A stretch of 64,000 nucleotides of DNA from contig CATNEN010000039.1 of assembly GCA_950097015.1 (NCBI GenBank), forward strand, positions 4,712,001 to 4,776,000. Reading direction: 5' to 3'. The translations under genes and the position numbers were made by a program. This stretch comes from Macrostomum hystrix (lineage: Eukaryota; Animalia; Platyhelminthes). Position 1 is the stretch's first letter. Each line of letters opens with the position of its first letter. Below the pieces are notes generated by a model that was not told the origin of the DNA, made no database searches, and saw nothing but the letters and a program-made list of their open reading frames with translations. Shown one piece after another: positions 23,736-35,000 of this stretch.

Positions 23736-25074
23736 TTTAATATATCTTTAATCTTTAATATATCATTTCTTCGAAAGCAACAATTCTTTTGTGTTGCAAA
23801 TTAATTTGAGCCTCTGTCTGAGTAACTATTTTCTACATGTTTTTTTATTTATTTTATTTCAAGCTTTCTAACGGCGTTAATACATGACTAAGTGTATTCT
23901 TGCACAGAAATGACGACTGCACAATGTGTCAAATCTGACGGCTGTGCTTTTCAATGGCGTTAAATTATGACGAAATGTATTCTTGCACAGAAATGACGAC
24001 TGCACAATGTGTCAAATCTGACGGCTGTGCTTTTTATAGGGGTTGAAGCCTGACAGGCCAAGTTTTGTAAATGTATGCACAGAATTATCTTTCATTCTAT
24101 ATAGCTTTAAATATTTTTTTCTGTGAGTTACCTCTAGAATATCATTTCGTTAAAATCCGACTGTATAGAAGGTTTTTTATTCACAAAAATTTCTTACGAA
24201 TAGTCTAATTAAGTTATTAACAATGAATGGCGATGTCACGGATAAATCATAATGAGTGCAGATATGACGTGAGAGTTGCAGCTGGAATTGGACGAAACTG
24301 ATCTTTTTGACAAAATGAAAGTGCAACAGTCATTTTTGCTGTGTCATGAGCTAATTCAAAATGAATCTCATAAGGATACACACTCGTCATTTTTTAATAT
24401 TTATGTCATGTCATTTTTCGGATATTCGTCATAAACGAACCCCTGCTCGGACACGTTCAGGGGAACGGCAGCCTTCACCGAGCCTGAGACCAGGGCGGTG
24501 CGAGACAAATTGCTCAGCGTCCGGCTAAGGACCATCTCCTTCATCACAATGCACTCCTACGGCCAGTACTGGATGGCCCCCTACGGGTGAGACAAGCTTG
24601 GCATGACTATTATAGCAGCCAACGAGCAGCCTCTCACTGTGCCTCTCACTGTGCCTTCCTGTCAGTAACTATTGCACTGAGGACAAACATGTGAAGCAAA
24701 AATGTGTCAGTTTTATAGGCCTAGACAGGAAAGTAGAGGTAAAAAAATAATTACATTTTCTAATAGAAAAAGTGGAAACTCAGAGAGCAGAATGAAATTC
24801 CACGTGTTAATTAGCGGGCAAGGAAATGAGTATGCATTACAGTGCATTAACTAATAATAGGCCAGCATCGAATATACAGACGGTGCTGTATTAAACAGTA
24901 AAGTGGTAACAACATGCTAATATACGGGTATATCGGCACACAGGCATACTTCCATATTTAGCATGGGATTTAAAGATGCAGGTTCACAATGAAGATCTGG
25001 GAAAAATTACTGTTTAGAATGAGTATCTAGGAGTGGCTCGGAATCTAGGAGAGTCTATTTTAGGCTTAGAATCG

Positions 25075-25640
25075 GGATCTGTATAGCCTTAGAATGGGGA
25101 TCTGGGATTGGCTCAGAATGGGGATCTGGAAGTGACACAGAATGGGGGCCTGTTTGAGGCTCAGAATGGGGGATCTGGGAGTAGCTGAGAATGGGGATCT
25201 GGTTAAGGCTCAAAATGGGGATCTGGTTAAGGCTCAGAATGGGGATCTGGTTAAGGCTTAGAATGGGGATCTGGTTAAGGCCAGAATGGGGATCTGGGAG
25301 TAGCTGAGAATGGGGATCTGGGAGTAGCTGAGAATGGGGATCTGGGGGATCTGGGAGTAGCTGAGAATGGGGATCTGGGAGTAGCTGAGAATGGGGATCA
25401 GGGAGTAGCTGAGAATGGGGATCAGGGAGTAGCTGAGAATGGGGATCTGGGAGTAGCTGAGAATGGGGATCAGGGAGTAGCTGAGAATGGGGATCAGGGA
25501 GTAGCTGAGAATGGGGATCTGGGAGTAGCTGAGAATGGGGATCAGGGAGTAGCTGAGAATGGGGATCAGGGAGTAGCTGAGAATGGGGATCTGGGAGTAG
25601 CTGATAATGGGGATCTGGGAGTGGCCCAGAATGGGGATCG
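25075..25640. repeat. ~24-bp minisatellite (GGGAGTAGCTGAGAATGGGGATCT)n
   Basis: Direct inspection; last carboxypeptidase intron. Confidence 0.9.
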
Positions 25641-26014
25641 AGGAGTGTTTTTAATAAGGATCTGGATACCCGCCGATTCCCTACGCAGGTACGCGTACAA
25701 CGTGAACGTGGACAACTATGTGCAGATGATGCGCCCGGTGCAGGCCGCGGCAGACAAACTCAAGTCGCTGGGGCGCACCTACAAGATTGGCAACTCGGCC
25801 ACCGTCACCTACCCGGCCGCCGGAGCCTCTGATGATTTCGCCGCCAGCGTCGGGGTCCCATACGCGCACACCATTGAGCTGCCCGACACTGGCCAGAGCG
25901 GCTTCGTGCTGCCCCAGAGTGAAATACCACGAGTCGGGCTGGAGACTCTGGAGGCTCTGAAGGCCTACGTGGGCTATGTGGCCAACGCCAACATGCCAAG
26001 GGAGGCCTGACTGA

Positions 26015-26308
26015 GAGATGGCAATTAGCTGGGAGATGGCAATTAGCTGGGAGATGGCAATTAGCTGGGAGATTAGCTGGGAGATGGCAATTAGCTGGGA
26101 GATGGCAATTAGCTGGGAGATGGCAATTAGCTGGGAGATGGCAATTAGCTGGGAGATGGCAATTAGCTGGGAGATGGCAATTAGCTGGGAGATGGCAATT
26201 AGCTGGGAGATGGCAATTAGCTGGGAGATGGCAATTAGCTGGGAGATGGCAATTAGCTGGGAGATTAGCTGGGAGATTAGCTGGGAGATGGCAATTAGCT
26301 GGGAGATG
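26015..26308. repeat. 18-bp minisatellite (GAGATGGCAATTAGCTGG)n immediately after the carboxypeptidase stop codon
   Basis: Direct inspection; AATAAA at ~26337. Confidence 0.92.
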
Positions 26309-26960
26309 TAACTTGGCCCATTAAGTGGACTTAGCCAATAAATGAGAATTAGCACAGATTTGTGAGATACCTTATAGAAGCGGTTTAAGAGACACTGTTT
26401 GTGAGTGCTCGAGAATTTCGCTTGGTTTTAACAATTTGTTCATTAATTACTATTTATATGATGGTGAAATGTTGTTCTAAATTATTTCTCCATTATGCTT
26501 TTGGTTGTGACCAAAATGTTGTGCAAATAGTTTTAATTTTTCCAGCCCGTAAAATAGACACAAATGCTTTGTGTGTGTACTTTTTCTCACTCACTAAAAA
26601 AATATTTTTAAAAAATTAGGAGCAGAAAATGCAAAAAACATTAACAAATTGAAAAAGAAAAACTTCGCACTTTCAAAATCTACACAGCCGTTAGTGATAT
26701 CTATTTAAAAATAGTTCGCAGAATAATAAAGATTAATAACCAAAAATGTTCACGCACTGAACTGTATTGATAAACTGTAAAACATAATATCGCAATTATT
26801 GATTTCCGATTAATAGTGAAAGAATAAGTAGGTTAATAATAGTGACTATGTTATTTATAAAGGTTGTAGATACGCATTGCAAAGGCGCAGACAATGCTTG
26901 TGGCTGGTGTGTAACTGATTGACAGGCTTATTGCACTAGAGGGTGCAAACTTAAGGCGAC

Positions 26961-27412
26961 GGTTGACAGGTAGACAGGAAGGTTGACAGGTAGACAGGAA
27001 GGTTGAAAAGTAGACAGGAAGGTTGACAGGTAGACAGGAAGGTTGACAGGTAGACAGGAAGGTTGACAGGTAGACAGGAAGGTTGACAGGTAGACAGGAA
27101 GGTTGACAGGTAGACAGGAAGGTTGACAGGTAGACAGGAAGGTTGACAGGTAGACAGGAAGGTTGACAGGTAGACAGGAAGGTTGACAGGTAGACAGGAA
27201 GGTTGACAGGTAGACAGGAAGGTTGACAGGTAGACAGGAAGGTTGACAGGTAGACAGGAAGGTTGACAGGTAGACAGGAAGGTTGACAGGTAGACAGGAA
27301 GGTTGACAGGTAGACAGGAAGGTTGACAGGTAGACAGGAAGGTTGACAGGTAGACAGGAAGGTTGACAAGTAGACAGGAAGGTTGACAGGTAGACAGGTA
27401 GGTTGACAGGTA
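26961..27412. repeat. 20-bp minisatellite (GGTTGACAGGTAGACAGGAA)n
   Basis: Direct inspection. Confidence 0.95.
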
Positions 27413-27794
27413 GATAAGACAGTTGGAGAGATGGAGACAGTTGAGAGATGGAGATGAGATCAAGCATGCTCATCAATCGCAACCTGATTTGCTACATGGA
27501 ACACTGCAGTCGGTGAAAGCACTTTAGAGGGTAATTTGTGATAAATACATGAAAAAGGTGAAATGTTTTATTATTTAACATGCAGTGTCCGCTGATCATT
27601 AAATTCCTTTGTGCGGTACAGTTTTGGTACCTGAACTGACTGAAGGAATGTAATCAAAGCACTATTGAAAGAGATCTAAAATTAGATCACCCAGAAAAGT
27701 TTGTAAGAACAATCTAAGAACAGTCAGACTTTAATACTATAATAGAATATAGTGCAATAAAATTGTCCTGACACAAACAAATATACTATAGCAA

Positions 27795-29030
27795 GGTAGA
27801 TACGTTGATAAATTGGTAGACTGGTAAGTGGATAGGAAGGTAGATAAGTAGATAGATTGGTAGGCTGGTAGGCGGATAGGAAGGTAGATAAGTAGATAGA
27901 TTGGTAGGCTGGTAGGCGGATAGGAAGGTAGATAAGTAGATAGATTGGTAGGCTGGTAGGCGGATAGTAAGGCAGATAAGTAGATAAATTGGTAGACTGG
28001 TGAGTGGATAGGAAGGTAGACGAGTAGATGGATTGGTAGACAGGGGTGGCTTGGTTGGGAGCAAATATTAACATGCATAACAATTTAACTTACGGAAGAC
28101 ACAAATAGGATCTATTAGCGAAATTCCAACCCTAGAATGCTATCTCCGAAATCTCCGCCTATCCCAGAATGCTAGCCAGTTCAAAAATCTTACCCCACGA
28201 ATGTTTGTCTCAAAATCTCACCCCTAGAATGTTTTTTATAAAAATCTCACCCCAATCATTTTATCATCGAAATCTCACCCCTGGAATGTTAGTCACGAAA
28301 TCTCACCCCTGAAGTAGCTCGTATTTGCCTCTTAATCTCACCACCAGAATGCTGGCCAGTTCAGAAATCTCACCCCTAGAATGTTTTTATCAAAATCTCA
28401 CCCCAATCATTTTATCATCGAAATCTCACCCCTGGAATGTTAGTCACGAAATCTCACCCCTGAAGTAGCTCGTATTTGCCTCTTAATCTCACCACCAGAA
28501 TGCTGGCCAGTTCAGAAATCTCACCCCTAGAATGTTTTTATCAAAATCTCACCCCAATCATTTTATCATCGAAATCTCACCCCTGGAATGTTAGTCACGA
28601 AATCTCACCCCTGAAGTAGCTCGTATTTGCCTCTTAATCTCACCACCAGAATGCTGGCCAGTTCAGAAATCTCACCCCTAGAATGTTTTTATCAAAATCT
28701 CACCCCAAGATTTTTTCATCGAAATCTCACCCCTGGAATGTTAGTCACGAAATCTCACCACTATAATGTTAGTCATGAAATCTCACTCCTGGAATGTTTT
28801 TATCAAAATCTCACCCCAAGATTTTTTCATCGAAATCTCACCCCTGGAATGTTAGTCACGAAATCTCACCACTATAATGTTAGTCATGAAATCTCACCCC
28901 CGGAATGTTTTTATCAAAATCTCACCCCAAGAATTTTTCATCGAAATCCCCCCTGGAATGTTAGTCATGAAATCTCCCTGGAATGTCATGAAATCTCACC
29001 CTTAGAATGTTTTGTTCTGAATTCTCACTC
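27795..29030. repeat. 44-bp array (27795-28040) and a complex AAATCTCACCCC-based array with ~128-bp higher-order units (28120-29030)
   Basis: Direct inspection. Confidence 0.85.
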
Positions 29031-29098
29031 CTAGCACCCCTGCTATAAAAAAGGCTCGCTTAGAGAAACTGAGAGATGCGCTTCCGTAAAAGCGAGTC

Positions 29099-32000
29099 TC
29101 ACAGCCGCTCAGCAGCGGGCAGTGACGCAGAGGACTTGGGCCTGGGCAGTCTACTAGCAGAGGCGGAGCGCAGCTTAGAATTGCGAGATTTCTTCCTAGG
29201 CGCACAGATGGCAGCTGCAGGCCAGGTGCGCTGAGCAGTGCCAGTCAGCTGATCCAAACAGCGGTTCACTGTTGCTAGGCAACCAGCAGCGGCTTTGGCA
29301 ACACTTCTCAGCGCAGCGCTGGGTCGGTAGTGCCGTTTTAAAAGTGCATCGCTTGAGCAGAGCCGCTTCAGCCAAGCTGACAGAATGCCGGCGCTGCATG
29401 GGAATTCAGTGGGATATCATTACATTCAGCTCTTGCGACAATGGACGCTGCAACAAAACCTAGAAAACTGGCAAACTCACTTCAGGCAGGCCACCGCGAA
29501 GGCGTCGAACTTCGGCTGATCCGCGGCAGCCAGCTTGCCATTGCTGGCGGTTAGCTGGCGCACAATGCTTAACAGCTTCTGATTGATAGGGCCTGGACAA
29601 TGTTAGAAGAATAATTACTTTCATGAAAATTTACTTTAAGACTTTTTGAGCTCTATTGGGATCTATTTCATTCCCGTAGCGAATACGAATGTAGAGAGTT
29701 GTAAAATACGTTTTTACTTAACGCGCTACTTAAAGTAATGTCACAAGGAAACCTTAGCTATAATGTTTAATCTATTTTTAGGAATGAGTCATGCGCTATT
29801 TTTAGAAACAAGTCATGTGACATGAAACCGGAGAACCGGTTCTTGACAGCTGTGTTTGCTTGAATTCCAAATATGGTAAAGCAAACAATTATGACTCATC
29901 GGGTTCTGCGTCTGTGTTTGCACTGTATTCCAAATATGGTAAAAACTCACAATCATGACTCACTAAACAAATATGTGTGACCTAAGTAAACACCCGGTAG
30001 TAGAACCGGTTTTTCCCCAAGGTTTTGCTATAAATACAAGCGAAAATCCGAGCTAAAAATTCAGACTCGGAGCGGTCCACCGGACTTCAAAACACCTTAC
30101 GAAGAAGAGGACTCATCTCTGAGGGAAAGACAAGTGGTAAGCGCTTTATTAGACAGAGTTATTTATTGCTAGCAATAGTTGTTGAATTGAACTAAGTTTA
30201 CGAGAGCCACATATCGTCGATACATTTGAGAAAGGCCTCCTTGTTTCCTAGGATACATTCCTAGAGGATTATTGATTGATTTGAATTGAGTTATCCGTTA
30301 TCTTTCGGAGGTAACGAAGAAGACGCCCTTCAGGAGGACCTACTAGAGATATACAAGAGAGATTTCAATTGTTCACTAGGGCGCACGTTTCTATTGTGAA
30401 TTCCGAGCTCGAGGAAACCGAAAAGTAATCTGATTCGCTCTCGTCATTTATTGGCCAACAGACAAACTCAAGCAGCTACCAGGAAGACAAAGAAGACAAG
30501 ACTACAAAGACTCAAGAAGCAACAGAACCAATACTTCACGGTCGACCAGCACAAGAAGAAGAACCGCCGGCTATCGAAAACCAAAGACTACAAACAACTC
30601 ACTATCAAGGAAGAAGAAGAAACTGCAGTAAGTGTCACGTGACTGTTATAAATTCCTAGGCAATTGTTCCCCATTGTCTAGAAGTGGGAGTTTCGTGTGT
30701 CTGATCAACACGCAAAACTCTTCAACTGGTGATCTCGCCCAGGCCCTGCAATCAAGCCCAGGCCGAGATACAAAACATTTTTTGCGGTACCCCTTTCGAA
30801 TTGTTTTAACAAAAAAAAAAAGGAAAAAAAAAATTTTTGCAACTTATTAATTTTGCTTTTGATTTAAAATAATCCACCGTTTCATAAAAATTTTGTTGCG
30901 TCATCCCTCTGAAAAATTTTGCTGTCCCTACCGGATATTGTTTGCACATAAGCCACACGCGTCACTTCGCTCTATTGTTTGCACATCTGGGAATCGCGCG
31001 ACTGAACTCACCGGCTCACATTTCAATAACCCCTTTTCAGCGTTAAAAGCGGCATACGTTCCCTGCCTTGTATAAATTTTTCTCCCTTGTCCTGAGTAAA
31101 TAATTCCTCTGTGTAAACCATTTTCAATTTGCTGATACACACGCACACGCACACACACACACACTTTTTATTCACACTAAATCTTGTCAGAGAAGTCAAT
31201 CTGGACGAACCCTTGAACATCGATCCAGAACTTGAATTATTTCCGTTCCCAGTTGCGAATATGGCACGAAGAAACTATCAGGTCCATCGTGACATTAAGG
31301 AAACGGTCGGAATGTATACAATGGATAAAGATTTCAACACATTCATTGATCACTTTGATTTGGTCTCACGCGAATATGGATTACAGAATGCAGAGAAAGC
31401 ACTCCTCCTACCTCCACTGTTACAAGGAACAGCTCGAGAAATCTATGGAAAATTGACAGCTGCAGTACAACAAGATTATCAAGCTCTAGTTACCCAACTG
31501 AGAGCACAATTCGCACGATGTGGAACAAACAGATCGGTACTCCTTCATAAACTTCATAATCGAAAAATGAGTCCCACTGAGAGTTTTCTCACCTTTGTTG
31601 ATGACATCCGTAAGATCATCAAAGCATTACATCAGCCTCCACCATTGGATCAAGGAGCTCAACCTATAGGACCTGCCGAATCAGCTGCACGAGAAAGACA
31701 ACGTCTTGAAGACCGGGAACAAAGTTTAATACTTCATGTGATTAACAACGCACAGCCTACTTTGCGAGATAGACTGCTGAGAGAAACTATTAACACAGAG
31801 GAACAATTGCTCCGTTGTGGAATGCAATGGGAAGCTAGCGCACCTCTTATGACTACTCATAATAGTGACACGACACAACTAGCAGAACAATTAAGCAAAC
31901 TCATGCAGCAACACCAAACTTCTGCTATTGTACCACAGCAGCAGAGATATTCCTATCCACAACCACAACAGAGATACTTGCACACATCAACTTGTTACAC

Positions 32001-35000
32001 CTGTGGAAGGATCGGTCATTATGCTAGAGACTGCAGATCACGTGGCAACCCACGTTCATACAATGACAATAGACAGACCAATTGGACTCGTCCTCCAAGA
32101 CAGCTTTCAAACCGTAATTGGACAAATAGTCGACAACAAGATAGTAGACCATCTAATGCCATCGTACCTTATCGTCAACAAAGAAATCCTCCACCTCCAA
32201 GACAACCAACGCAAGTCCGTCGACAATACACTCAAGCTATTGAGCCTGAATACACTCAAACTATTGAACCAAAGTTCAAGATTGAAGATCTTATGCCAGA
32301 CTTTTCCGTCAATGTTCTTGATGAACTTGAGAAACAAAAGAAGGAGCAAGAAATCAATGACCTTCATCTGGACAACGATGGTGCAGCCTATATTACTATA
32401 ATCGAAAGCGACCATTCGAAAGAGCCGCCCATGCCACAAAAGGAAACAGAGGATACAGAAGAAAACAATTTTTACTACAACAATGAGTCAACACAGGAAA
32501 TACAGAACGACAACACAAGCAACGACAGCAGCTGCATAATGGGTTCATTGTTTGAAGAATTATCGATTCCCTCGCCAAAAGAAAGTGTTGCCTTCAACAC
32601 CTGTCAACACATTGAACGAAAACAATTACAACAACAAATCAAAGGATTATTCAAAATTCCAACGATGAGTGATCTTTCAAAAATTCTGCAAAACAAAGAA
32701 GGCATAGATGAATTGTCCACATCCACAGAAAGGAATAATGAGGACCACAGTGCGAAAAATTCACACAACACGTCTGAAGAAAACATCAGCATGCTACAAA
32801 TTTTAGTCGATGACATCGACTTGACAGAGACACCGCCTTCGACACCCAAGTACAAACCTGATCCCGAATACGAAAACATAACCCATGTCAATTCATCTGA
32901 AGGACAGAATGGACACGATAAAGCAGTGAATACCGAATCATACTACTCGAAGCACGATAGATCTTCTCAGACTAAAAGTGACTACAATACGTCGATGGAA
33001 AATGATGATGATCATATCTATGATGAACCAACAACGTGGATCGACATGAGAACGGATACTACAAGTACCGTACTGCAAACTCTCAATACACCATTAACAT
33101 TCAATATGAAACAACCAACCTGGTATAACCAACAAACCAGACCATCAGGATGCAACAACCCATGGCACTTTTCTATGCGCCTTACTCCACCAATTGGAGA
33201 GACAGAAGACCAACGATATTCAATAAACACCAATAAACCGACACCACCAACCAAAGTGAAGAAAAAGAAACGACACATACTGATAAGATGGTTGTTTTCA
33301 GCCATCGTGATGTTGCTTCTCCCGACAGTTGTACCATCTTCAGTGCCCATGATTTGCCCTACTGATGCCAACATCCAACCAGTCATCTACAAAATACCAA
33401 CGGAAATCAAGTGCAGTTACTTTAAAACTAATCAAACAAAACCTATTCCATTAACGATCGATGTCTACAAAGCAAACACAAAGAAACATAGACAATATGG
33501 TATTATCTGTTTCCGAGATAAACATGAACTAGAAAAGGTTTGGTACATCCAATGGAATCGCATCCGATTCTGGCAAACAGCACTGCCTGTCACACAAGAA
33601 GAATGCCTCCAGTGGAACCAAACATTATTTTCTAAAGATGGAGAACTTCATGCCGATGAGAAACTTGGAAACTCTCAACTCTTCAGGACCAAGAACAGTG
33701 CGAACGGTAGATATGTCCATTGGAACGAATACATATGGCCACGTTACACCACGACAAACAGTTACTTGATCCGGAAAGTCTTGTTTTACCACAATCCATT
33801 TGAAAACATGGAATCTCTACAATTATCAATGGAAGATTGCAAGTACAACACAGGGTTCTGCGAAACAGCAAAACTCTGGAACGAAGCAGTATGGCAAGTA
33901 CCGCTGGCTCCAACATATCATCAAAATTACAAATGGCAAATTGAACATCGACACAGCCCATACTATGAGATTACAGAATACCAACGACAGTACTTCGTTG
34001 CATGGAAAGTTGAACCGAATATTGATTGTAAATTCCAGAAGTACCATACAATAAAAGGAAATCTACTGTCAAATACCTTCCTTGCGAGTACGTCGGATTT
34101 TGCCCTAACTTTTCCGAAAAAACCCAAGTATCTCCAAATTAACTGCAAGGAGAACTCTAAAAAACTTCTAGTGTCTGAACAAGAGATACCGCTCGAATTA
34201 CGTGATATGGATGAGGATACCTTTATGAGACTGGTCAATGGTACTTATTCAACAAGAACCAACACAGCTCGGAAAAGGAGAGAACTACAAAGACCATCAA
34301 TGGTTTCTGCACGACTACTAGCGGCAAAACTCGCAGCAATGGAACATAACCTACATAAAGAACTAAACTACTTGCACAAATCACTGATCCAACTGACTTG
34401 TAGAATGCACGAAACTGCACTTAACTATGCACGACAAAACTATTATGTCAATCCAACGTCTACATTCAGAAAAATCACAGGGATTCAAGATGCTTTAGCT
34501 ATCCCCATCTCTGGCCATCTGTTGATTTACAAATGTGTGCCACTGCATCATTTTAATATCTTGCCATCAAACACATCAACTACGTGCTACGATAAACCCA
34601 GAATCGAAGCTTACTACAATGGGAAACGAATTCAAGGATTTCTAGATACTGTGCACAATATAATTGTTGGAACTGCAATCCCGAGACCCTGCACTGACGC
34701 AGCCAACTATTTCAACATTAATAATAAACTACACAAGGTCTCAACAACTGGGCACATTACAAACATCACTGGTATGCAAGCTATTATCGACGAAACATAC
34801 GAATTATCGGACCTACAGCTCAAGATAAATAAGACCACCTATAAACCATTTGGTGACATCAAACTTGACGAAATCACACCAGGATGGACAATTAATGATT
34901 TTCTTCAAGTTTTTATTGCCCAACGACAGATGATGAAAAAGCTCTTTACCCAACACAACCAACAGGACAAAGAACAATCCTTTTCGACAGGATTCATCAT

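Larger units (their letters stand above)
16025..24444 (+). mobile_element. Tyrosine-recombinase (Crypton-like) DNA element, 8420 bp, inserted in carboxypeptidase exon 7
   Basis: The exon reads ...TSD-NP at 16018 and resumes NP-CSDT at 24438. AACCCCT occurs at both junctions (16018-16024, 24438-24444). Imperfect 16-bp inverted arms lie at the ends. One YR ORF; no RT, no DDE transposase, no LTRs. Confidence 0.88.
11376..26010 (+). pseudogene. M14A zinc carboxypeptidase (carboxypeptidase B-like) gene with exon 7 disrupted by an 8.4-kb insertion; exons 11376-11467, 12451-12550, 13670-13897, 14506-14607, 14678-14779, 15043-15156, 15913-16024 + 24445-24586, 25689-26010 (437 aa if the insertion is removed)
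   Basis: Signal peptide MFKADCAISLLICSALVSAVQG, a propeptide, then GTSYEGR, IDAGIHAREW (Zn H69/E72), NPDGY, WRKTR, GVDPNRNF, FTEPET, MHSYGQ (H196), YPAAGASDD (Asp at the CPB specificity position) and IELPD (E270). All phases are consistent. The insertion puts an in-frame TAA at 16024-16026. Confidence 0.9.

Noticed and set aside
30451-30850. Basic ORFs in the LTR (duplicated at 40119-40482)
   Set aside because: Non-ATG starts in an A-rich LTR region, with no recognisable motif.
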